A program made the position numbers and the translations under genes. A stretch of DNA of 63,696 nt, the filler included, from Reclinomonas americana ATCC 50394 (taxonomy: Eukaryota): assembly GCA_048213135.1 (NCBI GenBank). It is 4 parts of one record of this genome, joined end to end, with 100 filler letters (N's around TTAATTAATTAA, not from the genome) between each part and the next. Parts side by side here need not be neighbours in the genome. Positions count along the whole stretch, not along the records: positions 1 to 19,998 come from PS015013.1; 3 more parts are not named here. One strand, 5' to 3'. Below are positions 1 to 11,367 of the stretch, piece after piece. The stretch's first letter is position 1; each line of letters starts with the position of its first letter. The notes under the pieces are model-generated. The model saw only the letters and a list, made by a program, of their open reading frames with translations. It was not told the DNA's origin and searched no databases.

Positions 1-3000
1 TGCTGCTGCTGCTGCTGCTGCTGCGGCTTGTGCGGCGGTGACCGGACGTACTCGTTGCGCGCAGCCATTGTTGTCGGCGACGCAGAACGCACCTACATCA
101 TGTAGACGATGAGCAAACAAGAAAAAAGGAAGAGACTATATGAGTGTCTCCCTGCTCACCTCCGGCTGAACCGTCTGCAAGAATCCACTATCCGCCGCCC
201 ACTTTACAGTCGACTCCGCAGCCGACTGCAGTGCTGTTCGACTCTGCGTATCCTCCACGGATGACGGCTGATTCTGCATGTGTGAGCGCACTCACGAGAG
301 AAACAGGGCATGGACGAGGCGACCATGATGCAAACCTGACTCTGCGGCGCAGTGATCGGCGGCGGACGATGGCGGTCGTGGGGTGCCACTGGCGCATACG
401 AAAAGTCAGCGACGGTGGAGGTAAGGAGACGGAAATCGGCATACCTTCTTGCGCTGAGAACGCGGGCTGCTGTGGCGCGGATCCTCGACGATCTGCATAC
501 AGCGAATGAGAAAATAACGCCAAGAACAGAAAACACATGCTCACAAGTGTGTACACACCGCCGTGTGGGGTCACCAACGGAGCGTAAGGCAGACCGTCAG
601 CAGGATCGCGTTGTTGCTGCTGGCGATGATGAAGCTGTTGTTGTTGCTGCTGCTGGTACTGCTGCTGTTGCTGGTGCTGTTGTTGGTGCTGTTGCTGTTG
701 TTGTTGTTGTTGCTGTTGCTGTTGCTGTTGGTGCTGCAGCTGCTGATGGTGTTGTTGTTGTTGTTGATGGTGATGCAGCTGTGCTTGGGCAAGCTGGAAC
801 TGCTGCACTTGCGCAAAGTGTTGCGCAGCAGATGGTGCATCAGAACCGTCTCCACCACGAGTGCCGGCTGCGGAATGAGGGTCACCAGCCGGCTGCGGCA
901 TGACACCCGGATGCGGCGGCATCATTGGCGGCATGAAGAACGGATACGGGAACATGCCTGCGGGGCGGAAGTGGAAGTCAATAAGCCACCTACGCACTTG
1001 AAGCATGCACATGCCAACACTTGCACGTACCAGGCACAGGTGGAGGACCCATGTACATGTAGGGGTGAGGAGGCAAGGCGTACATCTGCGGCGGCATGCC
1101 AACTGGGTGCGGTGGGAGCACACGGACAGCGTCGCCCGCCGACACCTCATCATGCTGTCCTGGTGCTGGCGGCACTGCCGGTTGCTGTGGCGGCTGCGCA
1201 ACGTGCTGCGAATCCGCCGCCGCGACGCTCGACATGGGTGGACTGGCTGACTTCGGCGCCGCCTCCTCGATCTTCCCCGCTTCCTCCTCCTCCTCCTCCT
1301 CCACCACCACCTTCTGCTCCTGCTCCTGCTCCTGCTGCACAGCGACCGCTGCCTCAGCAACAACCGCATCCGGTGCCGTGCTTTCCACCACAACGACCTC
1401 GGCACTGGGTGCCACCAACTCCTCTGGATCCACCTGCACTGCCACGGTCGTGACAGGCGAGGTGACGACACCAAAGAGGATCGGCTCGTCGTCAGCATCG
1501 CCATCGACCAGCATCACCAGCGGCGACGACGGACTATCCGCGGCAGCTGCAGTGCCCTTGTCCTTTCTGCCACGACGCGAGTGGCGACCACCACCTCGAG
1601 GACGCAAACTGACTGGTGTGCCTTCGACCTCGGGTGCGGAATCGACCACGGCGACGGTAGCGGACTCGAGCGCCTCTCCACTCGCCTCTGTTGCCACATC
1701 GGTGGCCGTGGTGGCGGCTGCGGATGGCGCCTCCTCGCCACCAGCCTGATGCACACACACACATACACACATCAGACAAGGCAGAAAACATGACCTGCAC
1801 GAAAAATCACACGTACCGCATCCCCTCCTTCGCGACGCGGTTTGGACCGTCGTTGTCGCTTCCTCTTCTTCTCGTCGCCTGTCGCCGGCGTAGCATCCGC
1901 AGCAGCACTGTCGCCAGCCGTCTTGGCGGGCGACTCCAACGTGTCGGCGGCAGGCGACATTGCGGCACGCTCCGCCGCCACCCTGGCCGCCACCTCCTGC
2001 TCCAGCAGCGCATCTGACGAGTACTCGGGCGCCGACAATTTCCCGTGCAGAAGACGCACACGCTCGCGCAGCTCATCATCTGTAAGCGGCGCAGTGTGTG
2101 GTGAGCAAGTGCACGCCACGTGCGTGCGTGCGATCCCGGAGACGAAACTTGTCAGACCACACGACAACGAATCGCTACCGCCGTCGGTGACGAGGGTCAG
2201 CACCACCGTCGTCAGCGATGGCGATGCATCGGCGTCATTCGTGTCCGCTGCAGCCAAACGCGACAGCAAGTCACGCAGCCGCTCAATGGGCTCGAAGAAT
2301 GCAACCCCCTGTTGTTTTTCGTTGTTGGCAGGCAACTGAGTGACAGTGAAACACCCTTCCGCCGTGGTGCATGCACACACCTGCTCAAACTGCTCCACGA
2401 ACAGCGCCACCGCACGTGCGCCGAGCACCGTGGACGCATTGAACGCATCGCACACAGCCGTAGCAGTCACCAGGAACTGCGTCGCCAGCACCAACGGAGA
2501 CGGTTTCGGCGGTTCCTGCAATCGACAATGAGCCTCGATTCACCACCCTCCCATCGGCGACTGAAACTAGCAACTCGGTACCTTTTCCGCTGCACTCGCA
2601 TCAGTGTCGCCACTCGCCTCTGGAGCCGATACCGCCAGCTGCATTGCGAGACGACATTGGCAAGGGTGGTGAGTAAGGGCACCCCACCCAAAAAAGGACG
2701 CACCAGCGGGAACTTGGCCAGCAGCGTCTCATACAACTCGGTAACAAAGGCGAACCGCACGACGTTCTCCTCGTAGCCCTCCACTATCTCCAGCTGCGCC
2801 GGCCTCAGCTTCTCACCATTGTCTTGTCGCTGTGTGCACGCACGCGTGAGTGCAAGTGCAAAAGTGTGCGTGGGGAGAGTAAACAGCACCTCTACGAGCT
2901 TGCGCTGTTTGGAGACGGTTCTCCGCAGTTTCCGCAACGAAGTGAGAATGGAGCGGATAATCTGCTCCCCCGGGCTGCTCGTCTCACCTGTGCGCGCGCG

Positions 3001-3446
3001 CAGAGGAGGCCGCATGTGAGCGAGAGCGAGAGAGACAACTGCTCATTCCCACGAAATGCACAGATGCAAATGAAGATGGCGCAAGTGTGCATTACGCGTG
3101 TGCGTGTGTGCTTGTGTGCAGTGGTGTGAAGAGAGAGAGAGGAAGAGGCGGAGAGAGAGAGAGAGGGGCAGAAAGAGGAATGACAACAATTGGTCGATAC
3201 AAGTGACTTGTGCAAAACTCTGCGCACGCGACGAGCACGCACACGCACACGCACACAGACACAGACATGCATGCACACACACACGCGCACGCACAGAGCG
3301 AGACACGTGCGACGAGATGGACATGTCGACGACAACAACAACACCCCTCTCCACTCCCTCATTTCTCACGCACCCGCACCAGCAGGCTCCGCCACCACTC
3401 TGCCCACCGCCACTTTGCCGCTCGATGCCGACGCCGCCGACGCCAT
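1..3446 (-). CDS. Multi-exon Caprin-1-like (HR1-type coiled coil) protein with acidic, Pro-rich and polyQ low-complexity C-terminal region; runs off the window edge
   Basis: ATG at 3446 (MASAASASSGK). GT-AG joins give EQIIRSILTSLRKLRRTVSKQRKLVE-RQDNGEKLRPAQLEIVEGYEENVVRFAFVTELYETLL, which resembles the Caprin-1 N-terminal KKLRNLEKKK...GERLNQDQLDAVSKYQEV...FAKEL segment. Later exons are E-rich, P/M/Y-rich and polyQ. The gene is solid; the product call is by eye. Confidence 0.55.
635..780 (-). repeat. CAG/CAA/CAC trinucleotide tract encoding polyQ/H
   Basis: (TGC/TGT/TGG)n on the + strand, translating as HHHQQQQQHHQQLQHQQQQ... on the - strand. Confidence 0.9.
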
Positions 3447-3479
3447 GTGTGATCGAAGTTGTCAGTCGATCGAGCATCC

Positions 3480-4663
3480 ATGCCTTCTACTTCAACTCGC
3501 ATGGCGCGGGAGACAAGGTGCGCTGCCTTGCTTTCTTGCAGTGTGCATTGTGCTGACAGTGGTGTGTGTCGCGCAGATATGAGGCCAAGCGCATGAGCTG
3601 CGGTCGATGGACGCTGATCCTCTCAATTCCGATCATCACTTCATTGCTGGGAGTTGCGCTCTCACGTACACACACACACAGAGACAGGCAACGAGACAGA
3701 GTGCACTGATGCTCACTCTGTGTGCATTGCATCAGTTGGTGTTGGTGTTGGCGACCGCCGGCACGCAAAGTGTGGCCGCACTTGTCATTGTCTGTCTGTC
3801 GTGGACGCCGGCGTATATCATTCTCTTCTTTGCACTTCCGTTGCGCATTAGAGCATGCTCTTCTTCGTTGTCACCCTTTTGCTCATTGGCGATGTATCGC
3901 ATCATCAAAGTCGCTATTACTCGCTAAGTCGAACACGCTTCCGCTGTCACGGACTGTGGTGCTGCGGCTGCTCGTTCCCTGTGGCGACCATTGACGAAGC
4001 CGTGCGAGGTACACCCTCCACACACAGCTTGTCTTGGAGATACATATAATGATCCGGTGCGCATTGCAGGCGATCCGAGCGATACGATGGTGTTTTGCGG
4101 AATCCGCCTGGCCTCGGCGCAGGAGAATGCCGTCATTCTCAAGCGCAAGGAGCCGACGCAGGCGATGCCAGGTGCGTGTGGTTTTCGATCTGTGCTCACA
4201 CGGAGGTATTAATACGTTTGCGTGTGGTGATCTGATGCAGCGCATCTTCTGGCCCACGATCCCAGCTCGTCGGCTGAGCCCTGCTGCGCGGACCACTGCT
4301 GCAAGTACACATGCTGCTGCTGCTACCGTTGCGTCAAATGTCGTACCGCTGTCTTCCAATCTGCTGACACAAGGCCGGTATTCTGCAGCCTGCAATGTCG
4401 TGGTGACTCCCGAGGATCGCGACAAGTGCATCATCGACATCAACAAGCAGTTGCGCACCTCATCTCACTCCCGTTGCCTTGTGTGTGAGCCTCTTGCTGA
4501 ATGCATGCGTACTAGGATCATGGCGCTGCGAGCTGGCGGCTTTGATCCGGAAACCGGCCTCACCAGCGACGAGCCACTGGCGATGCAAGCTGCACGCGAG
4601 CGCGAGAGGCAGCAACTGATCGATCAGGGCAGAGGAGGGCGTGGAGGATTCGGGAGACTTTGA
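3480..4663 (+). CDS. Hypothetical membrane protein with two N-terminal hydrophobic segments and a possible bacterial-PH-like C-terminal domain
   Basis: ATG at 3480 or 3501. Spliced reading WTLILSIPIITSLLG-LVLVLATAGTQSVAALVI-SMLFFVVTLLLIG...NVVVTPEDRDKCIIDINKQIMAL, ending at TGA 4663. About 7 GT-AG introns, some junctions tentative. Confidence 0.65.
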
Positions 4664-4742
4664 TACATACAGTGAAAGAACAGGCAAGGTGATGAGTTGT
4701 GCGAAATGGCGGGAATCAAAGGAACATTGTGCGATCGTAAAG

Positions 4743-4745
<3 letters not shown>

Positions 4746-4784
<39 letters not shown>
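4746..4784. repeat. (GA)n microsatellite immediately upstream of the next gene
   Basis: Pure GA dinucleotide run. Confidence 0.95.
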
Positions 4785-4790
<6 letters not shown>

Positions 4791-4807
4791 CAACCTTCCT
4801 CCTCACG

Positions 4808-7563
4808 ATGTCGTCTGCAGCCAGACATTGGCGGCAACTTGCTGTGTGTCTCTTGTGTGTGGCACTGCTGGTGACTGCAGTGGCCAATCACGATGACAAT
4901 GAGGACCACGAGGGTGGTGCTCAGCAGCAGCAGCAGAAGGAGGATGCGCCCAAGGGTATCAACACATGGTGAGAGGGAGAGAGGGAGCAGAGAGGAGAAG
5001 GGAGAGAGGAGAGGGTGGAAGGGGAAGAATGTGACAAACTGTGCGAGAGAGAGACAGGCAGGCACGCACACACACACACAGAGAGAGAGAGAGGAGAGAA
5101 GAAGGAGAGAGAGAGAGAGGAGAGCACGAGGAAGGGAAGAGAGAAGGCACAGAAGAATACAGTGACAGATTGCGAGATAGGAGAAGAGTGAGCGCAAGAG
5201 ACAGGCACAGAGAGAGAGGGAGGGAAGGAGGGAGGGAGGCTGAGAAGGAGCGTGTCTCAGAGAGACAGAGAGAGGGAAGGAGAGAAGAGAGATACGTATG
5301 ATTCATGCCTTCTCACTCCTTCATTGCTCAGTGAATCACGCTACCCACTGCTGGCCAAGCAACAATGGGGACGCATCGCTGGTCAGGACGGGTGGATGGG
5401 CGACGGGACGACGGGAGGCGATCCGCTGACCGATGCGCGTCTGGGGCGCGTCTTTAGTGTGCTGGAAGACCCGGTGGGCTCGGGCGACTACTACTGGTTT
5501 GAGGTGAGACTGTGCTCTTGTCTCTCTACTCGACAATGCTGCTGTTGTCTATAACTTGCTGTTCGTCGCGCAGGAGAACAAGAACGGGAGGATCGAGTGG
5601 CGCGCGATTCAGAACGGCACGGTGCCGGAGGGTCCCAAGGTGGTCTACTGCAGCGGACCGGCAATGCCTGTGCGAGTTGCGTGCACGTGCGCTCACGTAT
5701 CTCGTCTGCCGCTGTTCGGCTAAGAGCTCGTGTGCTGGCAGATGCGTGGTGGATCACTGGTGCAGCCGCGCGTGGCACTTGTCGCACCGCACGGCTCGCC
5801 GTACTTGATTGTGGCCTCGGTGGTGTCGACCAGTTCCGTACTTGTGTTCACTGTAGATGTGTGAGAGGTGTGAACTGACACCGTCTCGGAGCAGGGCACC
5901 AGGGTCAGTTCAATGTGTGGGGTCGCATCAATCAGGTTGGCGACAGCGACGGTAACACGCATTCGTGTCTGTTCCACAAGTTGCGCGCTGTGCGTCTGCC
6001 ATCCTTCCACCACTTGGTGCTCGTGTTAAATCGCGTTGACGGTGCAGGATCCTGGGTGTCACCGAACATCCACAAATCCGCGGTAAGCCTGCGGTATGAC
6101 ACACGGCACTTGTGCCTTTTTTTGCTTGCTCACTCTCCTCTTATTTGCCGCAGGCCTGCTGTACATTCTGGACATGGACTTGTGGGGGCAAGCGCGTGTG
6201 CGCGAGTTGCACGTCGACATGAATCCAGTGGTGAAGACCATTATTCCCACCAGCGATTGGTCGCCGGGCATGGATTCGCCGTTCCAGTTCACCGGGTGGG
6301 TGGTGGTGGTGTGCCACTCGGGCGTGTACTGTAATCTGACGAACGACGCACACTTGTACTGCCCAGGCCCGATCCCGCCGGCTCGTTCTACTTTGCCGAC
6401 TTCGACAACAACTCGGTGGTGCGCATGAATGCCGACTTTTCGGTGCAGTCGTGGGGCGAGGGCGACGCCGGCTGGAACGACGGTCCAGGTGGGTTGGGAG
6501 AGAGGAGTGTAGGCGTAAGGCTGCATGCTGAAAGTGTGCGTGTGTGGCCACAGGTGATCGTGCACTCTTCAACGGACCATTTGGAGTGGCTCTGCTGGAC
6601 AACGATCACATTGTGGTGTCGGACTCGGTTTGTGCCGTCCGCTTGTGCTTTTGCCTCTCACTCCTCTCATTTTTGTCACTTGCGCGCATGTGCAGAACTC
6701 GCACACTCTCCGTCTGATCAGCATGAAGACGAGTTGCGTTGTTTTGTGAAGGATGTCACTACTTTTTGTCTCCTCGTTCTCACCCCGTCGCTTGCAGACG
6801 AAGTGTGCACTCTGGCAGGTGCGCACGCCATTGCTACCTCCATCCCAAGTGCTCGGTGACTGAATTGTACGCAGGTCGACCCAATGTTCGCGGCTTTGGC
6901 GAGGGCGACGAGTCGCAGCTCCTCAACTTCCCCAAGGTGCCGTTCTCCTTGCTCCTCACCACTTTCTTTCCTCGTTCTCATCCCCACGTGCGGCGCAGGG
7001 TCTCATGTGGAACACGGCCACCAAGACCCTGCTCATTGCCGACAGCGGCTCCTTGTTGCGCCTCTGCTTCCCCATTCCTTTCTCTCCCTCTTCCGCACAA
7101 GTTTTGCTTACTTGTGCACCGCCAGCACCATCCGCACGCTGCACTTCCCGGCTCTCAAGGCCGCTGCCGACAAGGCCGAGCGTGACCGCCTGCAACGCGA
7201 GCACCTGCAAGCCCTGCGTGAGCAGGCGCGTCGAGTCCGCGAGATGCGCGAGCGCCACCTGGCCGAGATGGCGCGCGCCGCCGAGATCGAGATCCAACAG
7301 CGCCAAGACATGGAGAAGAGGCGTGCCGACCTGCTCAAGGCCAACCCCGACATGTCAGTGGACGGACACACCGGCCCGCAGTCGGTGGAGGGCGCCACGG
7401 CAAGCGCCGCACAACCCCCACCGGAAGAACTGGCCTTTGACGCGCGGCAAGAGAATCCCACGCCACCGCCACCTCCTCCGCCTCCACCACCACCAACACA
7501 AGCTTCGCCACCTCCTCCACCANNNNNNNNNNNNNNNNNNNNCCGCCACCACCACCAGCGTGA
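4808..7563 (+). CDS. Secreted/ER NHL-repeat (beta-propeller) protein with C-terminal coiled coil and poly-Pro tail
   Basis: Signal peptide RQLAVCLLCVALLVTAVA. NHL-like blades YFADFDNNSVVRM, ALFNGPFGVALLDNDHIVVSDS-NSHTLRLI and LNFPK-GLMWNTATKTLLIADSG. Coiled coil ERDRLQREHLQALREQARRVRE. Stop position is uncertain because of a 20-N gap at 7523-7542. Confidence 0.75.
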
Positions 7564-7658
7564 TGAACCGCGAATGCACGACAACAAAGGAGATCGTACG
7601 ACTATTGATATGTTCATTGCATCATCTCGTGTCAAGGGGCGTGCGCCCTATGGTGCGA

Positions 7659-7958
7659 TTACTTGGGGTGCGCAACACCGTGGTCGCGGTGCTTCTCCGC
7701 CTGGTGCTCCAGGTGTCGCTCCTGCTTCTCGGAGTGGCTCAGCTGGTGCTCCGGATGTGAGCAGGGGCCCTTGTGGCCGTGCTCGGCGTGCGAGCCAGGT
7801 GCCGGCACTGAGGCGTCGGCTTGAGCGAGGAGCGAGCCAGCGTTGTGCTTGGCCTGCACGAGCAAAGATAAGTCAGCACAAAAGCAAGGTGGGAAGAGGA
7901 GAAAGGAGGAGAGAAGAGAACGCACATCGTGAGTGTGGACGTGTCCGTGGCCTGACAT
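7659..7958 (-). CDS. Small His-rich protein (about 75 aa, 16 His), two coding exons
   Basis: Exon 7958-7926 MSGHGHVHTHD, intron 7925-7854 (GTGCGT...CAG), exon 7853-7659 AKHNAG...HRDHGVAHPK*. An upstream intron at 8045-7980 (A|GTTGCG...ACAG) is probably in the 5' UTR. Confidence 0.6.
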   Translation of the reverse strand: MSGHGHVHTHDVRSLLSSFLLFPPCFCADLSLLVQAKHNAGSLLAQADASVPAPGSHAEHGHKGPCSHPEHQLSHSEKQERHLEHQAEKHRDHGVAHPK

Positions 7959-9095
7959 TTGTTGGTGTTCGAGGGGAATCTGTGTGCGCGATTGTAAGGG
8001 TGAGTGATAAGAGCAGAGGGGGAGAAAGAAAAGAAAGGACGCAACTGAGAAGGAGTTGGTCTGCGCTCGCAGGGAAGAAAGAGAAAGCGAATGTGCGAAA
8101 CAAAAAGATGCGCCCGGTGGCCAGATGCGCGTTCGCATCTTTTTTCTCATTCCCGCGCGCCGATCATCGTAGACGCACACTTCGCTGTACACACTGGAAA
8201 CAGCTTTCATTTACAACAANNNNNNNNNNNNNNNNNNNNNNNNNNNNNNNNNNNNNNNNNNNNNNNNNNNNNNNNNNNNNNNNNNNNNNNNNNNNNNNNN
8301 NNNNNNNNNNNNNNNNNNNNNNNNNNNNNNNNNNNNNNNNNNNNNNNNNNNNNNNNNNNNNNNNNNNNNNNNNNNNNNNNNNNNNNNNNNNNNNNNNNNN
8401 NNNNNNNNNNNNNNNNNNNNNNNNNNNNNNNNNNNNNNNNNNNNNNNNNNNNNNNNNNNNNNNNNNNNNNNNNNNNNNNNNNNNNNNNNNNNNNNNNNNN
8501 NNNNNNNNNNNNNNNNNNNNNNNNNNNNNNNNNNNNNNNNNNNNNNNNNNNNNNNNNNNNNNNNNNNNNNNNNNNNNNNNNNNNNNNNNNNNNNNNNNNN
8601 NNNNNNNNNNNNNNNNNNNNNNNNNNNNNNNNNNNNNNNNNNNNNNNNNNNNNNNNNNNNNNNNNNNNNNNNNNNNNNNNNNNNNNNNNNNNNNNNNNNN
8701 NNNNNNNNNNNNNNNNNNNNNNNNNNNNNNNNNNNNNNNNNNNNNNNNNNNNNNNNNNNNNNNNNNNNNNNNNNNNNNNNNNNNNNNNNNNNNNNNNNNN
8801 NNNNNNNNNNNNNNNNNNNNNNNNNNNNNNNNNNNNNNNNNNNNNNNNNNNNNNNNNNNNNNNNNNNNNNNNNNNNNNNNNNNNNNNNNNNNNNNNNNNN
8901 NNNNNNNNNNNNNNNNNNNNNNNNNNNNNNNNNNNNNNNNNNNNNNNNNNNNNNNNNNNNNNNNNNNNNCAGCGGCGGCGGCGGCGGCAAAGGCAGCGAA
9001 TTACTAATTAATGGCCACAGACACACACATTCCCGACTCTTTCTCTAACAAATTCTGTACGATTCCATCTATCCTCCTCCTTTCCAAGTCGTCGG

Positions 9096-11034
9096 TTAGC
9101 GAACGTGCAGCTCTTGTGAGGGCCTGCCACCCAGATGCGGCGCCGAAGGCTGTGGTCTGGAGAGCTTGCCAATGATCTCCGCCTGCGGTTGCAGCTGCAG
9201 CGAGTGCAGGATGCGATAAAACGTCTTTCCGTACTCGCGCCACGCAGACTCCTCCGCCTCCATGACGATCACCACGCCGAGGCACCGCGCGTACTACAAG
9301 AGAGGGAGAGAAAGGGAGAGTAAGAAACGGTGTCGACAGAAAGAAGCTCGTGTATCGGTGCGGCACCTTGATTTGCGCCGCCACCAGCGTGTCTCGCCGC
9401 ATGACCTTGTCGTCCTGCGCGTACGTGTACCTCATGAACTCGAACGTGCGCTGCACCGTGCGCAGCGAGTCGGTGGTGTCGATGGGCGCCCACGGCACGG
9501 GAATGGACGGCAGCTGCTCCGACTGGACCACTGTGTCGTCGGTTTCGGTGGGCGGGTTGTCCGGATCCACGTGCGCCAGATCCACCAGACTGGCGCTGTG
9601 CCGGACTTGGGTTTCGAGGACTTCGTGTTTGAATAGGAATTGCATGTTGATTTCCTGTGGGAGGAAGACGGGAAGGGGGGAGAGGGGAAGAGGGGAGGAA
9701 GAGGGAAAAGGGTGAATATTGGGCGGACAAGAACAGGGAAAAACGTGGCGACAGGGAGCAAAAGGAAGGATGAGGGTGCACGCTGACACCAGCAGACTGG
9801 AGACCAGAGACAGGATCAATGGAAAGAGGAAAGGGCGAGGCGATGAAGCTTGAGACCACAAAAACAAAGGGAGGACGTGTAGAAGGAGAGAAGCAAGGGT
9901 GCGACAGAAAAGGCTCGATGCACAAGAAGCAACTGAGGACGCGGATGCTGACAGGAAGACATTGGATGACAATGATGTAGAGAGGAAAAGGCGAGGTGAT
10001 GAAGCTAAATACCACACACACAACGGGAGGAATGGTGGTACAGGAGCACTAGCACATCCTGTGTCAGAAAATGCTCGAGACACGAAGCAAGTGACGACGT
10101 GGATGCTGACTGTAAGAGATAGGAGAACAGAGGAAGCGTTGATGGAGAGAGCAGAAGGTGAGAGAGCGAGGCTGGAGACCACAAGCTCGCACGTACACAC
10201 AAAGGGAGGGATGGTGGAGAAGAGAGAAGTGCTTGATTCAGTCTGCGAAAACAGAGACAAGACGAAGATCGATGTGAGAGATAGCGGCGAGGAACACTGA
10301 ACCTGCAAGGTTGGAGCAGAGAGAAGGACAGGACGAGTGAGCCGGTGAGGATGGAGAAGAGAGGAACAGTGGAAGAGGGCCGAGCAAAGGACGTTCTCAC
10401 CGATCCTCGCCCTTTCTGGGCCCTCTAAAATCGATCGTCGGCATTCTCTCTTTCCTCTCACTGTCATCTCTCTCTATCTCTCTATATACACGTTGTCGTA
10501 TGCTCCCTCCTCACCGGCTCCTGCTTCCGCCGTCTTCTCTATTCTCCATCCTCGCCAGCTCGAGCTCACCGATCTTCGCCCTTCTCGGCCCTCTCACATC
10601 GATCGTCGTCTTCTCTCTTTCCTCTCACTTGTCATCTCCCTCTATCTCTCGATGTGCACGTTGTCGTGTACTTCATCTTCACTGGCTCGTTCTCTCTCTC
10701 TCTCTCTTCCAGTTTCTCGGCCCTCTTCAATCTCCTCTCTTTCTCCCTTCGCCCTCCTCTTTCCCCTCTTGCCCATCCGCCTCCTCCCCACCTTGGCCAG
10801 CTCACGCGTTGTCCTGGGCGGATCGAGCTTCTCCAGCTGGAACTCCATGCTGGCGCCCGAGTTGTGCGCGACCACCACCTTGCGCGCACACGAACCACCC
10901 TGATGCCGCACACTCCACCCGGCCACACATGGATACACAAACGTCAGACCGTCGTTGCGGAAGGTTTTCTCTGAGAGAGACACAAGTGAGAGACAAGTAA
11001 GTGTGAAAGCGATCGTCGTCCGTTTGAGCACCAT
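9096..11034 (-). CDS. Hypothetical protein, weakly PsbP/Mog1/DcrB-like
   Basis: Exons KTFRNDGLTFVYP...MEFQLEKLDPPRTTRELAK | 1137-nt intron 10791-9655 | EINMQFLFKHEVL...FEFMRYTY...AAQIK | YARCLGVVIVMEAEESAWREYGKTFYRILHSLQL...HVR* (TAA 9096). The fold guess rests on the F-x-Y-P...W start and the F..IL.SL end. Confidence 0.6.
9655..10791. repeat. Fold-back intronic element built from degenerate ~160-170 bp tandem units in inverted orientation
   Basis: 10261-10280 is the reverse complement (19/20) of 10591-10610; 10339-10351 of 10508-10520; 10372-10384 of 10716-10728. Direct tandem copies at ~10397-10520 and ~10566-10688. Purine/pyrimidine strand flip at ~10395. Confidence 0.7.
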
Positions 11035-11367
11035 TTTTTGTGCGTGCGTGTGTGTGTGATTCTCTCTTTCTCTTTATTTGTGTCTGTGATCACGCACCAT
11101 TCTGTATGTCGCTGATTGGTGGTGGCTCGTCACTGTAGCTGCACCCCTGTTCCTCACACCCCCCAACGAACAGAGTGAGTGAATGTGAGCTATTGTGTGT
11201 GCGATTGATGGGAATCGTGTGTGCGCGTGTGAGTATGTGTGTGTTGTTGGGAGAGGCGCACCATGTTGTGAGTCGATCGCGTTGGCTCACTACACAAAGT
11301 GGTGATTGGATTTGGAGAGTGAGTGCGTTCGTCGGTTATCGCGGACTGCGAACGCTTGATCACTTGC

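Noticed and set aside
563-1453. Poly-Leu and poly-Val/Ala ORFs on + that look like membrane proteins
   Set aside because: Antisense shadows of the polyQ/acidic gene on the - strand
9004-10467. 487-aa Ser/Leu/Phe-rich ORF on the - strand
   Set aside because: Mostly read-through of a pyrimidine-rich intron; only the exons between 9654 and 9096 are coding
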